From Scyliorhinus canicula (lineage: Eukaryota): DNA of 64,000 bases. The notes beneath the pieces were generated by a model. That model was not told the origin of the DNA and ran no database searches. It was given only the letters and a program-made list of their open reading frames with translations. The stretch lies in NCBI RefSeq assembly GCF_902713615.1, contig NC_052157.1:58292325-58356324 (forward strand), written 5' to 3'. The position numbers were made by a program, and so were the translations under genes. This document shows, piece after piece, positions 23,916 through 37,065 of this stretch (within the stretch, counting starts at the first letter, position 1; every line of letters starts with the position of its first letter).

Positions 23916-24245
23916 TATGCCATTAAGTCTTTCCTCAAGTACTGTGCTCATTACTCCAGGTGCAGTCTTACCAATGGCTTGTATAGTTTCAACAACTCTT
24001 CCTTACATTTGTACTCAATTCCTTTTACTATAAATGCCAACATTCCATTTGCTTTCCTTATAATCTGCTGCACCTGCATGCTCATTTTCTGGGACTCTTG
24101 CAGATCCCTCTGCATCGGAGCACCCCAAAGTCCCTCCCCATTTTGATAATAAGTTGCCTTTCCATTTTTGCGGCCAAAATGCATGACCTCACACCATGTT
24201 ACCATCTGCCACATTTTGACCTACTCTCGTAACCTCTCCAAATAT

Positions 24246-27200
24246 AAGAACATAACAACATAAGAACTAGGATCAGAAGTAGACCGTCCGGCCCTTCGAG
24301 CCTGCTCCGCCATTCTATAAGATCATGGCTGATCTTTTCGTGGTCTCAGAACCACTTACCCGCATTCTCGCCATATCCCGTAATTCCTTTATTTTCAAAA
24401 AAACATCTACCCTATCTTTAAATATATTCAATGAAGTAGCGTCTACTACTCCTTTCGGTAGGGAATTCCATACTTTAACCACCCTCTGAGTGAAGAAGTT
24501 CCTCCTTGATTCAGTCCTAAATCTGCTCTCCCTAATCTTGAGGCTATGCCCTCTTGTCCTACTTTCACCTACCAGTGGAAACATCCTTTCTACTTCTATC
24601 TTATCCATTCCCTTCAAAATTTTATATGTTTCTGTTAGATCCCCCCTCAACCTTCTGAATTCCAGTGAATATAATCCCAATCTACTCAGCCTCTCCTCAT
24701 ACGATAACCCCCTCAACTCCGGAATCAGCCTAGTGAACCTCCTCTGCACCCCCTCTAGTGCTAGCACATCCTTTCTCAAGTGTGGAGACCAAAACTGCAC
24801 ACAGTACTCCAGGTGTGGCCTCACCAGCACCTTGTACAACTGCAACATTACCTCTCTACTTTTAAACTCAATCCCCTTTGCAATGAAGGACAAAATTCCA
24901 TTTGCCTTCCTAATTACTTATTGCACGTGCAGACCAACCTTCTGTGACTAATGCACAAGTACACCCAGGTCCCTCTGCATAGCAGCATGCTGCAGTTTTT
25001 TACCATTTAAGTAATAATCCGTTCTATTGTTACTCCTACCAAAATGCATGACTTCACACTTATTGACATTATACTTCATCTGCCAGACCTTTGCCCACTC
25101 ACTCAATGTGTCAATGTGCCTCTGTAAGGTTTTACAGTCCTCAGTACACTTTGCTCTGCCACACACCTTCGTGTCATCTGCAAACTTGGATACCTTACAC
25201 CCAACATCGATCTCTGAGGCACACCACTCGTCACTGATTGCCAGCCAGAATAGCACTCATTTATTCCCACTCTTTGTTTCCTGTTAGACAACCAATCCTC
25301 TATCCATGCTAGTACTCTACCGTTAACACCATGCATCCTTATCTTATGCAGCAGCCTCTTGTGCGGTACCTTGTCAAAAGCCTTTTGGAAATCTAGGTAC
25401 ACCACATCCACTGGGTCCCCATTTGTCTACCTTGCTCGAAATGTCTTCATAGAATTCCAAGAGATTCGTCAAGCATGACCTGCCCTTCATGAATCCATGC
25501 CGCGTCCGTTCAATGGGACAATTTCTATCGAGGTGCCCTCCTATTTCTTTCTTGATAATAGACTCAAGCATCTTCCCCACGACAGAGGTTAAGCTAACCG
25601 GTCTATAATTCTCCATCTTTTGTCTACTTCCCTTTTTAAACAGTGGCGTCACATTTGCTGTTTTCCAATCCTCTGGGACTGCCCCAGTGTTCAGCGAATT
25701 TTGGAAAATTACCGCCAGTGCATCTGCTATTACTCCAGCCATCTCTTTCAGTACCCTGGGATGCATTCCATCAGGGCCAGGAGACTTATCTATCCTGAGC
25801 TCCATTAGCTTGCCCAACACTTGCTCTTTCATTATAGTAATGGTTTCCAGGTCCTCACCTACCTTCTTCTCTCGGTTAATTGCTGGCATGTTATTAGTGT
25901 CCTCCACTGTGAAGACCGATACAAAATATTTGTTCAATGCCTCCGCCATTTCATCATATCCCATAACTAAATGACCACTCTCATCCTCTAATGGACCAAT
26001 GTTTACTTTAGCCACTCTTTTTAGTTTTATATAATTATAAAAACTTTTGCTATCTGTGCTTATATTCTGTGCCAGTTTTTTTCGTGTTCTATCTTACTTT
26101 TCTTTATGGCTCTTTTCGTGGCTTTCTGCTGACCTTTAAAGTTTCCCCAATCTTCTAGTTTCCCGCTGATCTTGGCCACTTTGTAAGCCTTCTCTTTCAA
26201 TTTGACAGCCTCGTGTATCTCCTTAGACAGCCATGGTAGATTATCTCTTTTTTACAATTCTTCCTTCTCACTGGAATATACTTTTGTTGAGCACTATGAA
26301 AGATTTCTTTGAAAGTACTCCACTGCTCCTCAACTGTCCTACCATAAAATATTTGTTTCCAGTCTACTTTAGCGAGGTCCTTCCTCATTCTATCGTAGTC
26401 CCCTTTGTTCAAGCATAGGACCCTGGTATTGAATTCTATCATCACACTCTCCATCTGTATACTAAGTTCAACCATGCTGTGATCACTCCTCCCAAGAGGA
26501 TCCCTAACGATGAGGTCATTAATTATTCCTGCGTCATTACACAGGACCAGATCTAGGATAGCTTGTTCTCTCGTCGGTTCCATTACATATTGTTCCAGAA
26601 AACTATCTCCATTTGTGTCATCTTCAAATTTGGCTATAGATCCTTCTATCCCTGTATCCAAGTTGTTAATATAGATTGTAAATAGCTGGGGCCCAAAGAC
26701 CTGTGGCAACCCACTAGTTACATCTTGCCATCCAGAAAAAAAAAACATTTATCCCGGCTCTCTGTCTCCTGTCCATCAGCCAGTCTTTTATCCAAGCTAA
26801 TAAAATACCCCTAATCCCATGTGATCTCACCTTGTGAATTAACTTTCTGTGCAGCACTTTATCAAAAGCCTTCCAGAAGTCCAGATATACTACATCTACA
26901 GATCCCCATTATCCACTTTGCTTGTCACATCTTCAAATAATTCAAGCAAATTAGTCAAACATGATTTGCCCTTCATAAAACCATGCTGACTCTGATGGAA
27001 ACCACTTTGGCTTTCCAAATGTCCTGATATTACGTCCTTGATCATTGACTCTGACAATTTTTCAACAACTGATGTTAAATTAACTGGTCTGTAATTTGCT
27101 ACATTCTGCCTCCCTCTGTTTTTGAATAAGGGCATTACATTAGCATTTTTCCAATCCACTGGAGCCTTTCCTGTGTCCATGGAATTTTGGAATATTATAA

Positions 27201-27530
27201 CCAATGGATCCACAATCTCTGCTGCTACTTCCTTTAACACCCTAGGATGTAGGCCAGCAGGCCCTGGGGACTTGTCTGCACTCAATTCCAAGAGTCTGTT
27301 GAGTACTGTTTCCTTACTGATGCTGATTATTCCAAGTTCCACCCTTTCTATTACCTCAGAATTGCCCGTTCCCATTGGGATGGTACTAGTGTCCTCCACC
27401 GTGAAAACTAAGGTAAAGTATTGATTCAGCATCTCCGCCATTTCTGTGTTCCACACTATTAACTCACCAGTTTCATCTTCCAAGGGGTCAACATTCACCT
27501 CAGCGACTCTTTTCCCTTTCATGCAACAGT
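24246..27530 (-). mobile_element. CR1 LINE fragments (ORF2 EN-RT, degenerate)
   Basis: [48 protein letters not shown] and VRPHLEYCVQFWSP motifs; tail (ATAAGAAC)n at 24246. Confidence 0.9.
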
Positions 27531-27574
27531 GCAGACTTCTGCACGATTGGAGAGTTGGTACACCGAGAGTGTGA

Positions 27575-28858
27575 CCTTATTCCGCTGGTCAGTACTGAAG
27601 GTGCACTCCATTTTCAAAGGGTCCATGCTGAGGGAGCACCACTCATTCAGAAGATCAATACTGAGGCAATGCCGCTTTTACAGAGGGACAGTACTGAGGG
27701 ACCGCTCAACTATCAGAGGGTTAGCACTGAGGGAGTGCTGCACTGTCAGATGGTTAGTACTAAGACAGTGATGCACTGTCAGAGTATCTACTGAGGGAGT
27801 GCTGTACTGTCAGAGGGTCAGTACTGAGGGAGTGCTGTACTGTCAGAGGGTCAGTACTGAGGGAGTGCTGCACTGTCAGTGGGTCAGTACTGAGGGAGTG
27901 CTGTACTGTCAGAGGGTCAGTACTGAGGGAGTGCTGCACTGTCAGAGTGGCAGTACTGAGGGAGTGCTGCACTGTCGAAGGGTCAGTACTGAGGGAGTGC
28001 TGCAGTGTCAGAGAGTCAGTACTGAGGGAATGCTGCACTGTCAGAGGGTCAGTACTGAGGGAGTGCTGCACTGTCAGAGGGTCAGTACTGAGGGAGTGCT
28101 GCACTGTCAGAGGGTCAGTACTGAGGGAGTGCTGCACTGTCAGAGGGTCAGTAATGAATGAGTGCTGCACTGTCAGAGGGTCAGTACTGAGGGAGTGCTG
28201 CACTGTCAGAGGGTCAGTACTGAGTGAGTGCTGCACTGTCAGAGGGTCAGTACTGAGGGGGTGCTGCACTGTCAGAGGGTCAGTACTGAGGGAGCACAGC
28301 TGTTTTATCACTGGGCTAATCGCTGGCTTTGAAGGAAGACCAAGGCAAGCTGGCAGCACGGTTCGATTCCCGTAACAGCCTCCCCGAACAGGCGCCAGAA
28401 TGTGGCAACGAGCGACTTTTCACAGTAACTTCATTTGAAGCCTACTCGTGACAATAAGCGATTTTCATTTCCTTTCAGCAATGTCGGTAAGTCAGTGTTG
28501 ATGGCAAACTGCATAATTGGAGGGTCAGTATTAAGAGAGCGCTGTACTGTCAGAGGGTCAGTACTGAGGGAGTGCTGCACTGTCAGCGGGTCGGTACTGA
28601 GGGAGTGCTGCACTGTCGGAGGGTCAGTATTGAGGGAGTGCTGCACTGTCAGAGGGTCAGTACTGAGGGAGTGCTGCACTGTCGGATGGTCAGTATTGAG
28701 AAGTGCTGCACTGTCAGAGGGTCAGTACTGAGGGAGTGCTGCATTGTCAGAGGGTCAGCACTGAGGGAGTGCTGCACTGTCAGAGGGTCAGTACTGAGGG
28801 AGTGCTGCACTGTCGGATGGTCAGTATTGAGAAGTGCTGCACTGTTAGAAGATCAGTA
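27575..28858 (+). repeat. 33-bp minisatellite arrays (27575-28285, 28505-28858) separated by a short SINE (~28297-28470)
   Basis: Same 33-bp unit; the SINE matches the 13141 family. Confidence 0.93.
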
Positions 28859-28859
28859 C

Positions 28860-30165
28860 TATAAGACATAGGAGCAGAATTAGGCAACTCGGCCCATCGA
28901 GCCTGCTCCGCCATTCAATCATGGCTGATATTTTCTTATCCCCATTCTCCTGCCTTCACCCCATAACTCCTGATCCCCTTATTAATCAAGAACCTATCTA
29001 TCTCAGTCTTAAAGACACTTAGTGAATTAGCCTCCACAGCCTTCTGCGGCAAAGAGTTCCACAGATTCACCACCCTCTTGGCTGAACAAATTCCTCCTCA
29101 TCTCTGTTTTAAAGGATCATCCCTTTAGTCTGGGATGGTGTCTTCTGGTTCTAGTTTTTCCTACAAGTGGAAACATCACATCCACTCTATCTAGGCCTTG
29201 CAGTATCTTGTAAGTTTCAATAAGATGCCCTCTCATCCTTCTAAACTCCAACGAGTACAGACCCAGAGTCCTGAAACGTTCCTCATATGACAAGTTCTTC
29301 ATTCCAGGGATCATTCTTCTGAACCTCCTCTGGACCCTTTCCAAGGCATGCACATCCTTCCTTAGATACGGTGCCCAAAACTGCTCACAATAGTCCACAT
29401 GTGGTCTGACCAGAACTTTATACAGCCTCAGAAGTACATCCCTGGTCTTTTATTCTAGCCCTCTTGACATGAATGCTAACATTCCATTTGCCTTCTTAAC
29501 TGCCAACTGAACCTACACATTAACCTTAAGAGAATCGTGAACAAGGACTCTCAAGTCCCTTTGTGCTTCTGATCTCCAAAGCATTTCCTCATTTAGAAAA
29601 TAGTCTATACCTAAATTCCTCCTTCCAAAATACATAACCTCACACTTTTCCAAATTGTATTTAATTTGCCACTTCATCACCCACTCTCTTAGCTTGTCCA
29701 CGTCCTTCTGCAGCTCCCTTGCTTCCTCAATACTACCTGTCCCTCTACAGACCCTTGTATCATCTGCAAATTTAGCAACAGTGCCTTCAGTACCTTCTTC
29801 CAGATCATTAATGTATATTGTGAAAAGTTATGGTCCCAGCACAGACCCCTGAGGCACATCACTAGTCATCGGCTGCCATCCTGAAAAAGACCCCTTTATT
29901 CCCACTCTCTGCCTTCTGCCAGTCAGCCAATCCTCTATCCATGCCAGGATCTTACCCTTAATACCATTGACTTTTAACTTATTTAACAGTCTCCTATGCG
30001 GCACCTTGTCAAAGGCCTTCTGGAAATCTAAATAAATCACGTCCACTGGTTCTCCTTTGTCTAACTTCCTTGTTGCCTCCTCAAAGAACTCAAACAGATT
30101 TTCAGACACAACCTCCCTTTGACAAAGCCGTGCTGACTCAGTCCTATTTTACCATGCACTTCCAA
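28860..30165 (-). mobile_element. CR1 LINE 3' portion
   Basis: [22 protein letters not shown] and EQFWAPYLRKD motifs; tail ATAAGACATAGGAGCAGAATTAGG. Confidence 0.9.
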
Positions 30166-30385
30166 GTACTGGGGGAGTGCTGCACTGTCAGAGGGTCAGT
30201 ACTGAGGGAGACCTGTGCTTTCAGAGGGTCAGTATTGAGGAAGTGTTGCACTCTCGAAGGATCAGTATTGAGGGATTTCTGCACTGTCAGAGATTCAGTA
30301 TTGACGGAGTGCTGCACTGTCAGAGGGTCAGTCCTGAGCGAGTGCTGCACTGTCAGAGGGTCAGTACTGAGGGAGTGCTGCACTC
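30165..30385 (+). repeat. 33-bp minisatellite array (degenerate)
   Basis: Same unit. Confidence 0.9.
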
Positions 30386-31059
30386 TCTTATAAACATAGT
30401 ATGCACACACAAGATGGCACCTGCCTCCAGTATCTTCACAACATCATGTCCACACGTAGAATACCTCTTCCTGTATCAGAATGGGAAGGCTGTGGTGACA
30501 TAGCACCACCACTGTCAGGAAGGTGTAACAACAACGTGACATGTTAACATGGGACATTTCCATTGTCAAGGTTTGCACTGGAATTGATATCATGGGGAAA
30601 ATATGACAACAGCAATATTTGAGCCAAGAGCTTTGCATCAAAATAAGAAGTTTAACATGTAAGTATCCAGAGAACAGCCTGAGCATTTCAATCAATTGTG
30701 TAAATAAATGTAATATTGTTCATAACCCAAATGCTTCATGAAAAATGTGCAGCATTCAGAAAGCACATTCTGATTTGATTACAAAGTTCGGTGACGTCAC
30801 ATTTCTGTTCATTGCTATTCGACCCTGTTGGCTGCACACAGTGAGACAATGCCTTGGTTATGATGTTTCCACACAGCGGGACTGGGGAGCACCAGGGACC
30901 AGGAATAGTTTCAGCTTGCTGAGGAGGAGAAGGAGAATCTCTGGTTCCAGGTTCCTCTCCGTACATTAAGAAGCAGCATGCCGATGTTTCACTGCCCTCT
31001 GTCTGCTGATGATGCTCTGCTTGTAAATTGCTATTTATGCTGATAGAAACAATAAGCTT

Positions 31060-31690
31060 TTCAGAAACAGACGGACAGTATTAAAACAGGGAGGTTATGC
31101 TGAACATTTACAAAGCTCTGGTTAGGTCACAGCTAGAGTATTCTGTCCAATTCTGGTCACCACACATTCAGAAGGATGTGAGCATCCTCGAGAGGGGGCA
31201 GAGGAAGATTTACCAGAGTGGTTCCAAGGATGAGGGATTTTAGCTCCAAGGCTTGAGTTGGAGAAACTGGGGTTGGTTTTCGTGGAGAAAAGAAGATTGA
31301 GGGGCGATTTGATCGAGGTGGACAAGATGATGACAGGTTTAGATAGATAAAGACGGCTGTTGCCCTTAGCTCATGGCAGAAGTACTGGGGGGGGGGGGGG
31401 GGGGGGCACAGAGTTAATGTTTTGGGCGAAGGGGTGTGTGAGATTGAACTTTTTTTACACAGCGTGTGGTAATGACATGGAATCTGCTGCCCACGATGGG
31501 GGTGGAAGTGGAGACGATGAACGATATCAAAAGGAATTTGGACAGAGACTTGAGGGAAATTAACTTGTCGAGATATGTGGATAGAGCAGGGGGCATGGGA
31601 CTGACTGGATTCATCTACACAAAGAGATAGCATGGACTGGATGGGCTGAATGGCCACCTTCGGTGCCGGAATGACTCGATGACACTAAAG
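31060..31690 (+). mobile_element. CR1 LINE 3' fragment
   Basis: YKALVR..LEY..QFWSPH-like segment; tail GGGCTGAATGGCCACCTTCGGTGCCG. Confidence 0.8.
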
Positions 31691-31811
31691 TAATTCTAAC
31701 CATGAACATTGACTGGTTTCATTGTAACTTAACCCAACACCACACGGTATTTGGCTGCACTGACAGATGAGATTGTTACTGCACAAAGCTTTAAACAGAC
31801 TGAGGACTTCC

Positions 31812-31930
31812 TTAAACTGTTCGTCTCTCCCAGACACAAATCCCAGCGACAGTGATAACGACAACTACAATGAATATCACAGCTCGTATTCCCAGGATCA
31901 GGATCACGTCCAGATTCTCTCCTCCACTGT
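31812..31930 (-). CDS. Transmembrane + stop exon of an Ig-type receptor: (x)SGGENLDVILILGIRAVIFIVVVVITVAGICVWERRTV*; Arg in TM, 5-aa tail
   Basis: Acceptor tttctgtgtgttttctag| at 31931-31932; phase 1; 26-residue hydrophobic run followed by ERR; TAA at 31814-31812. It lies in non-repeat sequence. The link to a Siglec-like gene is inferred from strand, phase and neighbourhood. Confidence 0.75.
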
Positions 31931-32149
31931 CTAGAAAACACACAGAAATAAATCATCATTTACTCTCTGCTTTCAATCTCTCACTCTGGCTGAACAATCC
32001 AACTGAATATCACTGCGACATTTGCTGTAATGTCGATCCATCCACTGGGATTAAATGGATCCTGAATGTTTTCAATGTAAACACTCTCAGAGTGGACAAT
32101 CTGAACTTTCACCTTAGTGTGGAACATTGTGAGAATGGTTCATTGTCCA

Positions 32150-35100
32150 CAAGTAGAATACCTCCAAACCACACACGCCGGCAGTCTGCTCGCGCCATAC
32201 CCTGCAGCACATGCCAACACCCATACCCCCCCCCCCCCCCCCCCCATGGCCGGGTGCCCTGCATACCCAGGCCACTAGCTGCCCATCCCCTGTGTTGCCT
32301 GTGCCTGATTGCCTCAGAGTGCGCATTTCCTGTAGCCTCTTCCCCCCCCCCCCCCCCCCACCCCTCTCCAGGAGAAGGCAGCGCAAAACTGCAGAGGGAG
32401 GGAGAGCAGACGGAGGGAGTCCGCCGGACCTGCGGCCCTTCACCACTGTGGAACGACGGGCATTGGTCCTGGTTGGTGGGCCTGGAGAGTGGGCAGTCAC
32501 CGAGGCGGAGGTCAGCATCGGGGAACCAAGTAAGCCCCAGCTGAGTTGTGGTGTCCCTACGGCACACGTGGCATCACCCGCACACTGCTTCCCCCCACCC
32601 CAGCACCCCATACTTCCACATCACCCCTCTAGCACGCAACCCCAGCACCCCACATCTCCACACCATTCCTCCACCACCCCACCCAGCACCCCACATCTCC
32701 ACACCATTCCTCCACCACCCCACCCAGCACCCCACACCTCCACCCCACCCAGCACCCCACCCCACACCTCCACACCATTCCTCCACCACCCCTCCCAGCA
32801 CCCCACACCTCCACCCCACCCAGCACCCCACCCCGCATCTCCACACCATTCCTCCACCACCCCACCCAGGACCCCACACCTCCACACCATTCCTCCACCA
32901 CCCCTCCCAGCACCCCACATCTCCACACCATTCCTCCACCACCCCACCCCCGCACCCCACAGCTCCACCCCACTCCTAGCCCCACTCCTTTCCCACCCCC
33001 ACACCCCACACCTCCACCTCCTCCACACCACCCCTCCACCACCCCACCCCACACCCCACACCTCCACCCCACCTCCTCCACACCACCCCTCCACCTCCCT
33101 ACCCCCACACCGCACACCTCCACCCCGCTCCTCTCCCACCCCCGCACCCCACACCTCCACCCACCTCCTCCACACCACCCCTCCACCACCCCACGCCAGC
33201 ACCCCACCTCCTCCACACCACCCCTCCACCTCCCCACCCCCGCACCCCACCTCCTCCACACCACCCCTCCACCACCCCACGCCAGCACCCCACCTCCTCC
33301 ACCCCACTCCTCCACCCCACTCCTCCACCACCCCACCCCCACACCTCCACCCCACCTCCTCCACACCACCCCTCCACCTCCCTACCCCCACACCCCACCA
33401 CCTCCACCCAACTCCTCCACCTCCCCACCCCAGCACCCGACTACCTCCACACCATCCCTCCACCTCCCTACCCCCGCACCCGACTACCTCCACACCACCC
33501 CTCCACCTCCCTACCCCTGCACCCCACCTCCTCCACCCCAATCCTCCACCTCCCTACCCCCGCGCCCCACACCTCCACCCCACTCCTCCACCTCCCTACC
33601 CCAGCACCCCACCTCCTCCACACCACCCCTCCACCTGCCTACCCCCACACTCCACCTCCTCCACACCACCCCTCCACCTCCCCACCCCAGCACCCCACAC
33701 CTCCATCCCACTCCTCCACCTCCCCACCCCTCCACCCTACCTCCTCCACCCCACACCTCCACCTCCCTACCCCCGCGCCCCACACCTCCACCCCACTCCT
33801 CCACCTCCCTACCCCCGCACCTCACCTCCTCCACCCCACTCCTCCACCTCCCTACCCCAGCACCCCACCTCCTCCACACCACCCCTCCACCTGCCTGCTC
33901 CCACACCCCACTTCCTCCATACCACCCCTCCACATCCCTACCCCCACACCCCACAGCTCCACCCCACCCCTCCACCTCCCCACCCCAGCACCCCACACAT
34001 CCACCCCACTCCTCCACCTCCCCACCCCAGCACCCCACAGCTCCACCCCACCCCTCCACCTCCCTACCCCCGCACCCCACCTCCTCCACCCCACCCCTCC
34101 ACCTCCCTACCCCCACACCCGACTACCTCCACACCACCCCTCCACCTCCCTACCCCCGCACCCCACCCCCTCCACCCCACTCCTCCACCTCCCTACCCCC
34201 GACACTCCACCTCCTCCACACCACCCCTCCACCTCCCTACCCCCACATCCCACACCTCCATCCCACTCTTCCACATCCCTACCCCCACACCCGACTACCT
34301 CCACACCACACCTCCACCTCCCTACCCCCGCACCCCCCCTCCACCCCACCCCTCCACCACCCCACCCCAGCACCCCATACTTCCACATCACTCCTCCAGC
34401 AAGCAACCCCAGCCCCCCACCTCCTCCACACCACCTCTCCACCTCCCCACCCCCGCACCCCACCTCCTCTACACCACCCCTCCACCTCCCTACCCCCACA
34501 CCCCACCTCCTCCACACCACCCCTCCCCCTCCCCACCCCAACAGCCCACCACCTCCACACGTGCAACGGTATGTCAGGTGGAGGTGGGAACCCCCGAAGG
34601 AGCAGATGGTAAGAGGGCGGGTCGACCCTAGGGACTAGCTGCCGTCCAGACCCGTCTCGTGCTTCTGGAGACAGCGGTCATATCGATGCTGGAGCTGTAG
34701 TCACAGAGCCAATGACTCCATGACTATTCAGTGCCTGCAGGGACAGGAGGTGGTGCCAACAATGCAATGCCACCCAGGACAACACTAAATGGGGGGCGTC
34801 CCCGGTGGAGGTCTTGGGGGTGAAAGCATCGGCTATGGGACAGGATGCCTGGGCCACTCTGTGCGGGTGGCGGGCAAGGCACATACCAGAGCAGCCCTGT
34901 CACATGCAGCCATGTACCAGGGCCACCTGGACATTGCAGCGGCGCTCCAGAGCTTGGAGCAGTCACAGCAGGTCATGGCTGTGGGTGTTGATGGCATTGC
35001 TCGGGCACTGGCTGACCTGAGCCATTCACAGAGGGATGTGGCACTCGTATTGTGCTCTAAGGCCCGGAGCATTGAGACTCTGTTTGAGACAAGTGCGGCC

Positions 35101-35950
35101 TCGAGAAATGGTAGTGCCAGGTGGCGGGAAAGCCCCCGGAGCTCGCTCTGGCTGCACCCTGTCCCATGGAGTAGCCTGGGGGGGCCATTCGGATCCCTGA
35201 GGGAGGAGGAGGTGATGGGGTCTGTGCCGGTGAACCCCGCAGGAGAGGTGCCAGAATACCGCAGCATCTCTGAATCCCCCCCCCCCCCCCCACATGTCCC
35301 TGGTGCATCTGAGGGGCAGCAGGCAGGACAAGGTGGCACCACGCCACCTGGGACACCTGAGAGACTACAGGGACCATCCAGGCCCTGTGCTCCGGAGGAC
35401 GGTTGCCAAAGGGAGCCCAGGTCACATGGTGGGAATCGCAGCAGGCTGCCTCTACTCCTGATGTACCACCTGTGTAACCGCCCAGATGTAGCGTTAGGGC
35501 CCGTAAGGCCAGAAAGTTAGACACTAACTAAATTGGCACAGGTGTAGCACACAGGGTAGCGTTAGGGGCTACGGCACAAACCTGTAGAAACTAATTCACC
35601 TGTTCAAAATAAACACCTGGCCACAAACATTCCAACCTGCCTTGGCATTATGTCAGATGGCCATGAGGGCTGGGCTGGACTGGCTGCCCATAGGGGAGGT
35701 CGGATGGTGGGGCTTTGGGTGGTTGTTGGAGAGCCCCACGATAATCTACCACACATTGCCCAGGTCCCCCGGTACCCCTCCCTCTCCACCCTCCACCAGA
35801 CCCTGTCCCCACCTCCACCACACCGGCAGCGGGATTCCCCATTCACCCGGCCGGCCAATGGGGCTTCCCATTGTGGACTACCGCACGCTGTTGGGAAACG
35901 CACGGGCGTGGGTGCACTGCTGGAGCGGCGAAGGATCCCACAGCATAGCT
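32150..35950 (+). mobile_element. Decayed PIF/Harbinger-like element with Myb/SANT-like ORF remnants
   Basis: GGSPPDLRPFTTVERRALVLVG resembles the C-terminal motif of Harbinger Myb-like proteins; a coiled-coil-like segment (IAAALQSLEQSQQVMAVGVDGIARALADLSHSQ) lies at 34.9-35.1 kb; the right end resembles the 3.8 kb MITE. Confidence 0.5.
32580..34560. repeat. ~2 kb low-complexity C/A-rich expansion (CCACC/CACCCC/CCTCC units)
   Basis: Almost G-free plus strand; yields Pro/His-rich and Gly/Trp-rich artefact ORFs. Confidence 0.95.
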
Positions 35951-35999
35951 TTTATAATTATGAAAATAATATTAACATTTGATTATTAATACGGACTCT

Positions 36000-37031
36000 T
36001 AAAGTGCTGTGGGAATAAGAATCTTGCATGGAGTAATACAGTACAGAAGAGGCCCTTCAGTCCGAGTCTGCACTGACACAACTACACCAGTCCCACTTTC
36101 TAGCACTTGGCGCATAACCCCGGATATTACGACATTTCAGGTGTCCATCCAAGTACTTTGTAACGGTTGTGAGGTTTCCCGACTCTACTACCCTCCCGGG
36201 CAGTGCATTCCAGACTCCCACCACCAAAAAATGTTTCCTCAAATCTCGAAACTTCCTGCCTCTCACTTTAAAATTATATTCCCTTGTTGCTGACCCTTCA
36301 ACTGAAGGGAACAGCTGCTGCAATCCTCCCTGTCCATACCCATATAATCTAAGACTCCTCAATCCGGTCCCCCTCTCAGTCTCCCCTGCTCTAAAGAAAT
36401 CAACCAGAGCTTATCCAGCTTCACTTCAAACCTAAAATGCTCCAGCCTAGGCAACATCCTGGTGAATCTCCTCTGCATGCTCTCCAGTGCAATTACTTCC
36501 TTCCTGTAGTAAGGCATCCAGAACTTCCCACAGTTTTTACAGCTGTGGCCTCCCCAAAGTTTTGTGCAGCTCCATCATAACCTCCCTGTTCTTATAATCC
36601 ATGCCACAACTGATAACCGCAAACGTCATGTATGCCTTCTGAACTACCCCATTAACCTGCCTTCAGGGATTTGTGGACAAGCACCCCAAATCCCCCTGTT
36701 CCTCTGAGCTTCTGAGTGTCCTGCCATTCATTGAGTACTCCCTTATCGTGTCCCTCCTGCCAAAGTACATCAACTCAAACTTTTTCAGGGTTAAATTCCA
36801 CCTGCAACTGATCTGTCTACCTGACTAAACTGTCTATATCTTGCTGCAAACTAAGACCTTCTTCCTCACTGTTATGTTCCAGTACTCTGACAATAATTGA
36901 GTCGGCACACCAAAGAACATCTCGTTCTAGACTAGTCAAATGTATTATTGCATAACAAACTGTGGGTTGGAAACCAATCTTAAGAAACTGGAACAATCAC
37001 AAATACAACTATCCATGACAACTTCTCCCAC

Positions 37032-37065
<34 letters not shown>

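Noticed and set aside
30736-30966. Minus-strand ORF downstream of the TM exon as an ITIM-bearing cytoplasmic exon
   Set aside because: Its only Tyr (LMYGEE) does not fit an ITIM or ITSM, I found no convincing acceptor, and the TM exon already ends in a stop codon. It is more likely 3' UTR or intergenic.
32211-34631. 806-aa Pro/His/Thr-rich ORF (and antisense Gly/Trp-rich ORFs)
   Set aside because: It is a by-product of a nearly G-free low-complexity tract that cannot form many stop codons; it has no domain structure or splice signals.
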